The translations under genes and the position numbers were made by a program. The notes beneath the pieces were generated by a model, which saw nothing but the letters and a program-made list of their open reading frames with translations, was not told the DNA's origin and ran no database searches. Source: Euglena gracilis (lineage: Eukaryota). Taken from it: 64,000 bases of DNA. The DNA lies in contig CP154954.1 of the NCBI GenBank assembly GCA_039621445.1, forward strand, positions 38,425,703-38,489,702, in the 5' to 3' direction. Shown here piece by piece: positions 35,907 through 50,258 of this stretch (its first letter is position 1; each line of letters begins with the position of its first letter).

Positions 35907-38900
35907 TTGATGTCAATGTTGGGGTTAGAATTAGGTTTGAGGTTTGGGGGGGTCTGACTACCCCCTCCCCTCAGAACGCCTCTGGCCCCAGAGGTATGGG
36001 GCCGCAAGACATGCTCTGTGTTGGATAGCAAGTATTGCAGTAAATATGACAACAATAAATTAGAGGAGGTGCCCTGCAATTGATTTTCCAATCAGGGGTT
36101 TTCTCAAGGACTCCAGAAGAAGGGTCCATCTGGCCGGCTGTAAAAGGTGCTGGCTGGAAGCAGGCTTGTGCTTAGTCGGGTGCCTACCCCAAGGGGGGGT
36201 GCTAGGGGCAGGCACCCATAGCACCCGATCCGATCCCCCCCAGGGGGGGTAGGGTTTTGGGGGTGCCTGCCCCTAGCAGGCACCCCCCTCCGACTTAGGC
36301 GGCCTAATTCGCATTTAAGCTTTTTTTTCTTGCACTTTATTTTTTGCACTTGCGCAAATTTACGAATTTTTTGATCCTTCTTTGATTCGGCTGTGAAGGT
36401 CAGGGGAGTTTGAAAACACGTTGACAAGAGAGTGCAAAAGATGAGAAAAATTCTGATTTTGGCAGTATGACCCCCGGGACTTTGGCAAAAAATGGTGTTT
36501 TTGGGGTGTCCCAAAATGGACTTCGTACGTCAGTGTGGCATCGAATGAAGAATGGGCACAATTGACGGAAACTTTCATCATACCTTCACAAACATGTGAA
36601 ATGGATGCGTTGAATGAATCCAGCCATCCCTCCATCCCCCCCATCAGGGACATATGAATGAGGATGATGTATGGATGACCCTGGGGGGGTGGGAACATGC
36701 CATTGCTTACCAACCACGGGGGGGGGGGGTCACTTTCCTTTCAAAAACCAGCCAATCAATCTCACTTTCACTTTGTCAATGGATTCTGGCCAAACACCCC
36801 CCAAATTTTGGTGCCTTCGGTGCCAGGTGGCCACCTTCAGCCATTCCTGGCCAACCCAGGGGGGGGGGGGGTCCAAAAACCATTCAGCCACTCTGCAAAA
36901 ACCAGTCAGTCGCCTCCAAGGGGGGGGGGGTCAGACACAACTTAAGTAATGGTATGGTTGGGACAAGGGATGTTTTCAGACGGGGGGAGGGAGCACTGCC
37001 CAGGGGATGCTCCCACCCCCCAGGGGGTGCTCTCACCCCGGAGGGGGTCGTCCAGGGCAGACATTGGGGGATAAAAAATTTTTCCGGTGTCAAAAATGCG
37101 TTCCCCTCACTTATTTGCATCAAGGTGGGTCTTGATCTGGGGTCTGAGAAAATCGAGATTCTTGAGGAATCCCCCCTCGAGATTGCTGAGAAAGGGAGAT
37201 TTTTCGAGCTTATCCCCAAAAAATGGCAAAAAATGGTCAAAAATGGTCAAAATGGCCAAATGTGGCCAAAAAAGGCCAATAGTGGTCAAAAATAGCCAAA
37301 GGTGGGAAAAAAGGGTGCTAAAAAGTGACAAAGACAAAGCAGCAAAAAAATTGCCAAAGACAGCGAAAAGCAGCAAGAAGGAGCCAGAAGCAACAAACAC
37401 TGGCAAAAAATGGCCAAAAGTGGCCGAAAAATGGAAAGATTTTTGAGGGGCTTCAAAAAGTGCCCCACACTGCATTTTCACGCAAGTTTTCTCCCCCCGT
37501 ATTGACAAAGCAGATAATAACAACATGAGTTTTACGGTGCAAAACACATGTTCCCTAGTGCAAAGCAACTTCCCTGGTGCAAAGCGCTAGGGAGGATTTT
37601 CTTGGTACCAAGGGTAGCCCTCAGTAGGAGGGGAGGGGTGGTCCAGACCATTATTACCGATCCCGGGGGGTCACTTTCCACTTTCAAAAAACCAGTCATT
37701 CACTTTTCGGGAACCAGTCACCCACTTCCGCATCCCTACACCCAATTCTCCCCAGAGGGGTGAATGAAACGAGAACAAAAGGTGCGCGACGCCCCGGAAG
37801 CGGCGGGCATCGAGTGAGAACTCTAAAATTAAAAAAAAAAACATTGACCAGACTACCCTGAAATCAAATGTGAATAACTTCTGAAATATTTATGCGTGTG
37901 CAACTCCCCGGTGGCGTCAGAGAGATGAGAAATTCCGCACCGCACACTACAAGGCCGTGGTGCACTACATGTGGTTAGGCGAAGGTCAGGGGAAGAAGGC
38001 GGAAAAGGGCCAGCCTGGGTGTGCCCCATTCCCCGGTGCCAGAAGTGCAAAACAACGACGTGGTCCAATGACAGAACACCAACAACGAAGCAATGCAGAC
38101 ACCAAAAGAAAACCTCCACCCACCGGCGTCCTCCCACACATCAACAGTGACCCCTCGCGAGGGACCGCTGCGGGCCGACCCTGGGGTGAGGGGTGGGTGG
38201 GAATGGCCTTTGGGACACGGGTCAGCCTAGCCGCAGCCCGGGCATTTCGCCCGAAAGGGGACGGTGGCGTGTTCCTTCAAATGTTTCTACAAAACCAAAC
38301 CATAATAAGCCCCTCCCCCCCCATCCGACAACAACAACAACAACAACAGCAGCAGCAGCAGCAGCAGCAGCTGCAGCAGCAACACAACAACACCGCCCAT
38401 ATTTAAGACCCCCTGAAGGTGAGTGGTGGGAGAATTCACTGGAAATCCTATTTCCAGGCACAATAATGAAACTTCTGAGGTTCCTTTTTTCACACCAATT
38501 TCACATGGTACAAAGCGCCGATGGGGAAAATATACTTTTTGGAAATGAAATGATGGATTGGGTGGGGGGGGGGCAGGGTTGGCTGAAAACAAAAATAAAA
38601 AAACGTACCTCGAAAAGTTGGACCAGGGTCTGATTTGTGTTGTGAGAACTGTCTGATCTGTGTTGTATTGTGAGAACTGGCAAAATTTTGTTGTTGATAT
38701 CACCTCCCGGACCATCCCCCACCCGATGAGGAGCAGCAGAGAAGTGGGAGTGGTTGCCAGTCAAGTGACACTGTTGTTCAGGAAGCAGCCGGTGCCTCAC
38801 TGACTTTGAAGATGGCAATTGTGCGTGCTCAAATCAAAAGTCACAAATGCAGATGGTGGCTGAATAAAGCAAGGGCACAGCACCCTCCAAGAAGTTGCAT

Positions 38901-41319
38901 CCGAAGAATGGTTGAGAGAGTTGACCAGGAGTTGGGAAACACAAATGGCTCTGACGTTTCACAAGTTGAGCGCAAGTCAGCGACTCCGGGAGGGGCCTTC
39001 TTGAAAAATGGGGGGGGGGAGGGAAATGCGAGCATTTTGCCAGTGCTGAGACATTCAGGCGGGCATTCGAGGCGGTTGACCGCCGGGGACGGCCTGCCAC
39101 AGCCATGAAACGCCCGGGGCGGTATCGACAGGGGCAGGGCTCTGCCGCTGGGCAGGGGAAGGGGAGGATCAGAGGGGGCGGGAGAGGTGGGCCCCAGCGT
39201 GGGGCTCCAGGGGCTTGGATTTGGACCGCACCACGCAGGCCGTTGTCGGGGGGGGCGCGGGGGAGGTGTACTGTCGGCGGGAGGGGAGTGCTGTGGGGGG
39301 GGGGGGGGGAGAGGTAGTAACTTTTTTTTGGTGAGGGGGCGTTTGTGGGGGTTTGGCCCCAAACAGAAAACACATCAAACAATAATGGCCCTGCATCAAT
39401 ATGCACGAATTCCATCCGTGCTCGCATTTTTATGACTCGCACATGTTCTCAAATACAAAAATGCAAATATCACGACAACTGGAAACGATGTGTAAGAACG
39501 ATATTAAATAATCACCCATTTTGGGGTTCACTCTTGCAAGTTTTTTTTAAATGCGTCAATTTTGCTCAGGATTTTCATATTTACAGAAAAATTTTCGCTG
39601 AAAAATTGGCATTTGGCAATTCTTAGAACCTTTTTGTTTCCCATTTTCCTCACAGCACTTTGAGTGTGTTGGTAGCTTAAGGACCCCCGGGGGGGGGGAC
39701 TGGCTAGCCAATCAGCTAGACACTGGAAAAAGTGGACTAGCTAGACCCCCCCGGGGGGGGGGGGGGGTCCGGGGGTCCCCCGGACTGGAAAATTTTTTCC
39801 CCCGGCGCTGTGCGCCGGAGGAAAAATGAGGTTTTTAACAGGTTTTTGGCTAATTTTGTTCCAAAAATTCCCAAAAATGGCCAAAAACGGGCATTTTGGG
39901 CCATTTTGGGGGGTCCCAAAAAAATTTTCGGCACTTCGCGCCGGTCACTGGAAAAAAAAATTTCCACTAGCTAGCCCTGCTAACAGACCCCCCCCCGGGG
40001 GGGGGGTCTGCTAGCAGCTAGCAGCTAGCAGACCCCCCCGGGGGGGGTCTGCTAGAAAACCCACTAGCCAAATTTGGACTAGCTGCAGTCCAGCCCCCCC
40101 GGGGGGGTACTGCATTCCCTTAAGCAAAAGCCTGGTTGGTAGGGGACAAATTAAAATTCGGAGGGGGTGGAGGAAAATGCAGGGCAAATCATATAACCCC
40201 CCAAAAGACATCCCCCAGGCCGAGGCTCCACAAATATATGCATATTGCAGCTCCCACCCATATGCCCCCCCTTGGGGGCCATACGGTTGGATGATCAAAG
40301 GGGGGGTCATACGATGGGACCCAGGTCCGACTTTCCCGAAAAGTCGGTGTTATTGTTTGGGTTAGGGTCACGACTGGACCGCCGTAGGGGAACTATTGTA
40401 AAGAATTTAGGACAGGTTAGGCTGCGTTCCGGACGAATTTTTGGGGAACTTGGGCCGAATTTCAGGCATTTTGGAGGCAAACAAGTGACCAAAAAAATCT
40501 TCCCACAACGGGACCCTAACTTCCGGCCGAACTTGGTCCCCAAAAAGAGCCAAGTTTCGGCGCGCTATCCGAACCCTAACCCTATTCCTAAAAATGAGAG
40601 CCCACTCTCCCCGAATCCTCCGACAATCGCCGGAAACTGCGCGCTTCCCTGGCGCCGCTCTCCTCCTTTATGCCCATTTAGGAGTATCCAAATCGGTCCC
40701 CCCCTTCCAGGGTACAGTGCGGCTAAAAACTACGGAAGACAGAAACTTGGGCAAAATACCCAAATTTTGCCATATTTTTCTCTCTCGTAATTTTCTCACT
40801 CCGTCGGTTTCCGACGCCCTCTTCCAGCCCACTTCCGCTTTGTGCCCAAAAGAACACAATACTCATCCCAATTGAATGCCAGTTTCTTCAATGGTATATG
40901 CTCAGCAGCTCCTTGAAAAAACGGGCGACCGGCATCAAGCACCTGGGGAAAATCACAGCAAAAATCGCTCTGCATTAGAAATTACTGACACAATTCTATC
41001 AGAAGCTGCAGCGAACGGCCTCCATTCTGCTTCGCCAGCGAATATTTTGCCCATGCCTGACCGATCTTGAACGTTCCCCCATTTTTTTTGCAAGCGTTGC
41101 TGGGCGGGTACGTGCCACAACACCTCGAGCGATTGCAGCCACTGGGGGACAAAAAAATACGTTGAACACGCAACCAGGACAAAAATGTCGCTCACCTGTG
41201 CCGGAGGTCAATCCTTCATGGGGACCAGATTTTGCCAAAATGAATTTTTTCAAAATAAAAAGTTTGCCAAAATTTTTTTCTCATATTTTTTTTGCCGTAA
41301 TTTTTGTCTTCCGTAATTT

Positions 41320-42508
41320 TTAGTCACACTGTAGTGGGGGGAGCAATATGAGAACTCTGCCATACAGACGTACATCCATATCAAGACCCCCTGCGGTCAG
41401 GGGCCCCCAAAGCCTGACACCCTCCTTGCATTGACCTCCACCCCCATCCCCCACCCGTATGGCGCAGCCCTCGGCGCAGGGGGTACTTCGGTTGGCTGGA
41501 GGACCGCCGGGGCAGCGGCTGCCACCAGGGCTGTACGGGAGGGCCTGGCGGACCCCCCCCCCCCCCCAGCTGGGACCCCCCCACCCACCACAGCATAGTG
41601 CCAGCCAAAAGCTCTGACCGATAAATCGGCGCACCGGTCAACTCTGGAAGGCCTGGGGGTGGTGGGGGGGGGGGTCGGACACCCACCAGCATTCTGGGGA
41701 TTCCCGTACCGCCCTGGCTGTCGCGTCGACGCGCTGCTGCTGGAGGAGGACGAGGCGCGGGCGGCGGGGGCCGTGGTGTGGCTGTGGCTGGGCTTGGCCT
41801 TGGCGAGGGGCTGGGAGGCGGAGCGCATGCCTGCGGGGCGGGAGGAGGCAAGCAGCAGGGGGCTGGGCTGGCCCCCCGGTCGACTCGGGGGAAATACTGA
41901 AATAAACACTCCGTACAAAAATACAACATCATTTTTCGAATTTCATTCTCAAATCAAAATCTCAAAACTTGTCACATGGGCATATCATCGATCCTTTTCC
42001 ACTCTTGACCAACAAGCAAGCTCCTGGTTTTCCTTCAAAAAAAAGTGGCTTGCACCACACGCCGCAAACGATCCACACAGCCAGTCGCACCCGCAAGGTG
42101 CTAAAATGGAAACACGACTTTCCCCCTCATTCCGACCACGCTGACGTGATGGCGGTCCCCTTGGGTGTGCAGGGAGAGGAGCGGCACCGGTGGGCCGGGG
42201 GTCGTGGGAGTCAGCGACCAGGCGGAGCAGTGGCCGGCGGGGCGGCGCCGGCGCCGAGTGGGTGGTCGGCAGGGGGACCGGCGTCGTCACGGGGCGGTGG
42301 GCCGGGGCCGGCTGTGCGGGAGGCAGGCACGGCGCGGCGGAAAGCCCTGCTGGGGACTGCTGGATTGGGGGCATTTCTGGAGGGGAGGGTTTCTGCGGTC
42401 AGTTGTCAAGCAAACGCCTGAGCGGGTTTGCGTTGAGGGGCAATGCAGACGTGCACATGCGTGCAAACACAACGCCCACCCACCCACCCACCCACCCACC
42501 CACGCACG

Positions 42509-42544
<36 letters not shown>

Positions 42545-42574
42545 ACACCACACACACACCACACACACACATCA

Positions 42575-42606
<32 letters not shown>

Positions 42607-45600
42607 CACACCACACCCATCACACGCTCTCACGCTCACTGTTTGCTGGCCCCCGCTCGCTCGCTTTCTCACAGTCGCACGGCTGCGCACACCTTGTACG
42701 CGCCTTGGGCCCGCCAGTGCGAAATCGGGACGGGGGAGGCGGCGCACGGCACGGGGTGGCGGACGAGGGGCGGCGAGCCGCTGCGGCCCCCGCCCCGGCG
42801 CAGGACCGGGCCCGCCTCCGGGCGGGAGCGGCTGGCGGCCCGCGGGGAGGCCAGCAGGGGCGTCCGCCGCGGTGTGGAGGACTGCGGCGGACGCACACAG
42901 GAGGCGGGGGGGGGGGAGGGCGGCTGAGACTCGTCCAGCGCTGTGTGGGGTTCCTGCTGGCTGGACATTTGTGTCCTGCAGCACTCCCTGACAGCCTGCC
43001 CCCTCCCCCCCAAATGAACGTTCATACATCCTGAAGAAGGAACGAAAGCGTCATCGGCCTTTTCGTTGGAAAACTTCCACACACATGCCATTGAAATTTT
43101 ACAAGGATCACCCCCCCCGCATTGGGGGTTTTTCCTGCGAAAATGTGCAGGGCACCAGTATGTCCACGCCCCCCCCCCACCACACGCTTTTCAACGGAAT
43201 TTTCCTCCTTCTTTGCCAACTTCTCCATAGGCACCCAAATCCGCAAACACATAAAACACCAATTTGATTTCTGGGTTTTCAGAATCAGTGAGTAGCACCC
43301 CACCATTTGGGTTTGCCACATCGGGGGGGTGTTCAAGCTCACAATAACCCACCCTCTCCCATGGTTCAAAAAAATGCACCGTCAAATTTCTTTCACTGTA
43401 CATTGTAAGTGGCATGGTCAGATAGATAGGCTAGTGGATGTCAATCCCGACTTAGTGGGAATGGGCTTTTTGAAAGCTCGTGGAATCGAAACACGATCCA
43501 TCTATTCCAATTTAGGATTTTGATGGTTTTCCAATTTTGGAACACAATTATCAACACATATAAATAACCTTCAAAATTTTGTTCCACAAAAAAACTTTTT
43601 GTTCACAATCTGCTTTAAGAAGGTGGTTGGGAATTCCCCCTGCACTGCATTTCACAGCTGCCAACTATTTGGCGCCCCAGGGGGTGCACAAATTAGCCTA
43701 AAATTAGGCCGAACTCCTAACCCTGAACCTATTCCATCAACTGGGGGGGGGGCAAGTAGTAGGCAGCTGCCATATTGCATATATTACATATACCATATGT
43801 AATATATGCAATATGTATATGTATGTAAACATATATATGTACATATGTGTATATGTGGCAAGACTAACCCACTGAGCCCCCCCGGGGGAGGGCCCAGTGG
43901 TTTAACGTGGGGGTGGGGGTCCAGCTTCTTTCTTTCACCAACTCCAAATTTTGGTTTTCGCGCCGCGATTTGTATGTATTCCAGTTGATTTTGGGGTAGG
44001 GTTCGGGTTAAAATAAGGAATAGGGTTAGGGTTACGATTTAGGAAAGAAGTTAGGCCGAAATCGGGTCGAAATTGGTGTGAAAAATTGTCCCTCAAATTC
44101 GGCCCGAATTCGGCCGAAATCCGGCCTGATGGCCTGATTTACCCTAACCCTAACCCTCACCCTGAACCCCAACTTCACTCCCTCACCCGAACCCTAAGCC
44201 TATTCCTAAAAATAACCTCATATTTACTCCGCCGGCGAGAAAAAGTTTCTGGGTGTGGGGTTGGTTTCCCCAGAAAATCCAAGGGGGGGGGCCAGTAGTT
44301 TCACCTGGGCGGCCAAGTCCCCGCTAGGTACAACTACTGGGACCCCCCCGGGGGGGGGGCGGTGAGTTAATCTTGCCATAGAATTATATATATGTTGATG
44401 TACACATTTTTATGTATATATACATATACATATGTTGTATATGTATATGTGAAATGTATATATACAAAATGTAGTATGCATGATGTAATATATATGTATA
44501 TGTATATGTGTATGTTATGTATATTATATGTCTATGTATATGTATATGTATTGTATATGTAATATGTATATGTCTCTGTTATTCTATGTATATGTATTTA
44601 TATGTTCTCTTGATGGCTGTCTCTGTATATGCTCCGGGTTGTTCCTGTTGCGTATATGAGAAGTACTGTACATGTATATGTAAGTATATGTATATGTATA
44701 TGTATACTGTATATGTAATGTACCTTGTGTCTATGTCTCTGTATCTGGTCTAAATGTCTAGGTGTATGTATAATGTATCATTGTTATCCTACATGTTAAT
44801 CTATGTATTGCATTGTATCATTAATATGTCTCTGTCTCTGTAGAGTACTGTCTATGTCTCTGTACTAGTCTCTGTAGATGTCTATGTTAGGGTCTCTGTC
44901 CTTGTCCGCATGTCTGGTCTGGGCTTGTCTCTGTCTCTGTCTCTGTATCTGTCACTGCTGAGAAGAATCTTTTTTTTTTCTCTTCCAATCTATCTCTTTC
45001 TGTGATCCATGGCCATTATCTGTCTCTTCACTTTTTCTTTTTGTCCGTTGGGCGCTTCTCCACCGGTGTTTGTGGGCTTTCTTGGCCATTTGCGCCGCAC
45101 GAATGCCCCCCCTGGGTCACTCACCCTCCAGCAGAAACCCCCTTCAAAAAACACCCACCACCACTCCTGCCCACCCCCCCCGGACGCAAACACCGGCTGT
45201 CCCTCAATGGATTGGCTCGAGCAGTGTTCAAACTGGGCCCCCCCCCCCCCCCATGTGCATGGGCCCCCTTTAAGGACCTTCCCCCCCATGTGCACTTAAT
45301 TAAAGCACTCTACATAATGATTCTTTTCCCCATTTTTTTATTCGCAAATACTAGCATGATAGTTCACATCTTTCTCCCCTGTTTATATGCTATTCGTAAA
45401 AATCATCATTCTTTCCCCATCCCATTGTATTGTGACATGACATTTTTCCAACTTTGGGGGGTGCGCTTTTTTCCTGGTGGGGCGACATATTCGGCATCCT
45501 TGGGGGGGGGCACTATTAGGGCACAAAATGGGCATTGCGAATTATTAAGAGCTTGAACCCTTCCAAAAGCCCAACACCCATCCACACAGATCCGCACGTC

Positions 45601-48600
45601 CACGAACGTCGTGAGAAAAAAAAGAGACAACATTCTTTTTCTTTCCACATAGAAACATTATTCTTGGAGTTTCCAAAACATCACAATTCTAACTCTTCAA
45701 AATTTTTGAATTTGAAACAAATTTTGAAGAAGACCTGTCACAAATTAAAGGGGGGAACACAAATGGACCAAATAAATAAAAATCACCCCCAAAAACCCCC
45801 ATACCCAACCGAGCCAAAATAAAATCGAAATACCCCAAACCCAACGGAACCCCCACCACCAGACCCAACACCCCCCCCCAAAACACACACCACCCCCCCC
45901 CACCCCCCACCCCACCCCCCCCCACCCCCAGCAAAACCATCAAACCACAACCAGCAACACCGCAGAGTATTTTGGACGACCGCTTCAACTCCATTTTCGT
46001 GAAAAACAATGACAACCACAATCTCAACCACCCCAACCCAGAAACAACCCACAAAAAAAAAAAAAAAACGAACGAAAACTGCCCAAAAAAAAACAAACAA
46101 AAAAAACACAGTTGCACCCCGAAAAAACAAAACAAACCACCACCAACCCCACGTACAAAGCAAAGCACAACAACCCCCCCCCCCCCCCAACATCCCCCCC
46201 CCCCCCCCAGAAACACCCACACCCACCGGTCATAAACAATACCAGCAAATACCACCCCCCCACTGCCAAAAACAAATCCCAGCAAACACCCCACCTAAAC
46301 CAAAAAACACTCCAAAACAAAATAACCAGCCAACCAAAATAAGAAGTTGTCAACTTTACGGGACAGAAAGTGCGGTTGCAACCATACTCCAGACGAAATA
46401 AAACGGAGAGGGAATCCCCAACTGCGTCTGCACCAATCCCTGCCGCTTCCTGCGGTGGACCGGCTGTCACGAGCCGGGGGACACCTGGCTGCCGGCCTCA
46501 ATGGATTGGCTCGAGTTGGAGAGCACAGTGTTCATCCGCTGGGCGGGGGACCCCAGGCTTGACGAGGGCGACACCGGCCTGGGGGTTGGGTGGGGCAGAT
46601 GGGCCATGCGTAGCCCCCGCCCCCCAATAAGTGCACGGGGGCGCGCATTTTAAGGACGTAGTTTCGGACCCCAAGGGGTGCGCACTTATTAGGGCAGTGT
46701 GCACTTTTTAGGACAAAGCCGAAAATACTTACGTTTCCACCACTCTTTTTCAATTTTCCCCTGTTTTGCTACTTCAAGCTATGAGTCAAGTGATCATGTG
46801 TCAAATTTGGGCTTGGACGATAGAAATGTTTCGTCTGAGAAGGACAATTCTGAGAGTTGTGTGTGTTTTCCAACCTGAGGTGTGACAGTGATTTTTCCTT
46901 TGGGGGGGTGCGCATTTTTTTAGGGTTTGCATAGACAATGTTAGGCCAAAAAAATGACACTTTCAAAATATCTCCAAACTGGTTGGCAATCACAGCACTG
47001 GGACCTAAAATGAAGCCCAAGGGACCGGACCCTCTATCACCCCATATAGGCCCCCAGAGCGCCTGGAACTTGATACATCCCAATTTATATTGTTCTGGCC
47101 TGTTTCGACTTATGCGTTTTGGAGCTATTTTGGGTAAAATCAAAAATATCGAAATACCTCCAAAACGGCTGCCAACCAACGGAAACCGCCAGGGACCTAA
47201 CATTAAATACTAGAAACCTTCTGTTTTCAATTACCCATTTTGTCAACCAACATGGCATATGATCAGAATGAAAGCATCTAACGACCCTCCCCACTGGAAC
47301 CCCTTGTCGACCCGCGGGTCATCATCCCTTTCTTCCCCAATGCTACGCCCAGCAACGACCGCAAACAAGATGATCCACGGACAGTAATTTGAGGTGGGGG
47401 ATGGCGGAGACATCGTTTTGTGGTCCATATATTTTGGACTGTCGGCCCAACAGCATGGGGGGTTGTTCCAAGCGGAATAGAGAACTCCAATTGAACATCA
47501 TTTTCATGAAAAGTTTAAAACAAAAAGGAAAATTTATCGCATTTGTAGGGGATTGGCCGAATCTCATTCCCATGGGAGTGTCACCATCATGACAGGGAAA
47601 AATTGGATCCGAAACGTGGAATTTTTCGAAGTCAAAAACACAGAAAACCCCGAAGACTGCTGGGAAAAAAATAGTCACACAAAAAGCCTGGAAAAGCCAA
47701 AATTTACAAAATAAATGCAAAAAAAACACAAAAAGAGTTCATTGTCGCCCCCTGCACCAACCAAGGCAAGGCATACATCGGGGGGTGTGCGTCCCCGCGG
47801 CTGCTGATGGTGGTGCTGGTGCTGGTGCTGGCAGGAAAGCCTGGCAGGGGAGTCAACAAACCCACACGGATGGAGGAATTTGCAGTGGGTCCCCAGCAGC
47901 TGCCTCGAACAACACCCGTGGCCACCAGCCTTCCACCGGACAGTTATCGAGGCACCAACAGCCCCCCCAGGTAAGTCAATGAAGACGAGTGTTTGGTCGG
48001 TCTGGGGGTGTGGGGCGCCCCCCCCCAACTACGCCAGACCCCCCCGGACGCTGCTAATGCCGTTCTCCCCGGAGGACAGGTCCGCGGGCGGCGGTGGCGG
48101 CGGACGGGGGGCGGGGGAGGCGGGCGGCGGGGTGGCCGGGGCCGGGCCCGCCTTGGGCACCGGGCTGCGCACCGTGCGGAGGCCGGTGCTGCCGGACCGC
48201 TGGAGGGGCGCCGGCGAGGCGGGGGCGGAGGCACTGTGGATGCCCTGGCTGGCGGAGCGCGGCTTGGCGCTCTTGGCTGCGGAGATGGTCGCACAGGCTC
48301 CTGCGGAGCCCTCAACCCCCAGCTGACCTCCATCCACCCACACCCACCCACCAACAGAAAGAACATGAATGTGCGTAGACACACCCACCCACCCACCCAC
48401 CCACACTCATGCACACGCACGCACGCACACACACACACACACATACACACACATGAACCCACAGCATGTAAACCACCCCACTTTCTGGTTTGCTTGGTCG
48501 GCCAAAGGGGATTTTGTAGTCAAGGAAGGTTGGGGGAAACCGCCCCCAAAAGGATCCCAAAGACCCCACACTGTGACTTTTGAAGAAGAAAAAAACATCG

Positions 48601-49811
48601 AAAATGATACTTTTCATGTCGCTCTTCCTCATGAGCCTTTTTTTCTCTGGTGGGTCAACACGTTGTCCTTTGATTGGTCGGCCCTCGGGGGGGGGGGGAG
48701 TGGGCCAACAGGTGGAGGCTTTGTACGGCACGTTCACATCGACACACACAACACATGCGTGTGCACGTGTGGGAAACGGGCGCGTCGCAACCCGACACGC
48801 ACCTGGCGGGTCCAGCTTGATCCGGGCCGCGACGGACGCGGACTTGGCGGAGGGGGGCGTCGCGGGGTCGGAGCGGGCGGAGGTCGGGGGCCCGAGCAGC
48901 GGGTGCCCCTGCGGCAGGCCGGTGGGCGGCAGCGAGTAGCCGAGGTGGACCATGTCAACGTGGTGCGGGGAGCACAGCGAGTGCGGTGCCTGCCGGCCCG
49001 GGTGGGGGCGGGGGCAGGGCCGGGGCCGCCCTCCCTCGGCCCACATTGGCGGGGCCGTTCCTAGATTTGTTTATGGGCGAAAAGTGACAGCCGTGCTGAG
49101 CCCATTCCTGTCATATGCGGAATGATGAGAGTTGTGTCCAAAGACGGGATGACAGCCTGCGTGCTGTCATCCACCCGTGCAGTCAGACAAATATTGGAGT
49201 TCCTGCAGCCAAGACGGCCCGAGAGGCACTCAGGAGGAGTCCAGAGCGGCAATTGTCCGGCCTTGGGCCCTGGGCTGGGGCTGGGGGGAGAGCTGAAGGA
49301 GAGGGAGGTGCCCACGGCGAGGGGAGGGACGAGGCCCGGCGGGGCGGTCTCCCCCAGCATCTCCTGCCAGAACAGCGCCCGCAGCCGGCTGGCGGATGGG
49401 GTCGGGGCGGTGGCCGGGTGCGTGTGTGTGTTGTTTGTGTGTGCATGCGTGTGTTGTTTGTGTGTGTGTGTGTATGTGTGTGTGTGTGTGTATGCGTGTG
49501 TGCACACACATGCGTGCGTATGTATGTATGTGCATGCGTGCGTGCGTGCGTGCGTGGCAAACCCGTGAGGTGTGGTCATTAGGGAGGTGTGGCTGCCTCT
49601 TGAGCCTGCCCCCAACACCCAACGTCACTTTGGCCCATACCGCCCCGAACAGGTTTGCCCGATCGGAGGGCCACTGGAACTTCCGGTTGGCAGTGAACTC
49701 GTTGGCAGGGTTCTGCACAGGAGAGGAAGCGGTTTAATACCCGGGGCAACCCCAACCCTGCGCGGCATGACAAATTGCATATGTGTCATTGGAGGTGTGG
49801 ACAGAACTTGG

Positions 49812-49903
<92 letters not shown>

Positions 49904-50221
49904 GCAAACAAAACCCAGACGCCGCGGGAGATGAAATACTCAGTCAGCCTACAGTCCCGAACCATGTATCCCCCCCTAAATGTTTTTCGGCATTTTGGGA
50001 GGGAGCTTGACCTTTTCACCACACTATTCCCATTCTTGGACAAACAGAAGGGGTATATGTTCATGACTAAATTGCACAAAGCCTGTCTTCAAATGAGAAA
50101 TACACTGCGACTTCATCAGATAAAAGCTGCCTCTCCTTTATTAACGGCTGAATTTGTGGATTTTGGGGCTTTTTCTTTTGGTTGGGAAGAGGGGGAACTT
50201 TTGACCGGTTTGCCAAAGTTT

Positions 50222-50258
<37 letters not shown>

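Noticed and set aside
37919-38020. Exon-like segment DEKFRTAHYKAVVHYMWLGEGQG as the alpha-kinase continuation
   Set aside because: It has plausible splice sites but no alpha-kinase motif, so it cannot be assigned.
38780-38960. FED..QMQMVAE as an alpha-kinase subdomain
   Set aside because: The spacing is wrong and an in-frame stop follows immediately.
45700-46330. A/C-rich block as a functional element (also ~44400-44950, 50220-50420, 54080-54340)
   Set aside because: It looks like degraded low-quality long-read sequence, with no consistent unit.
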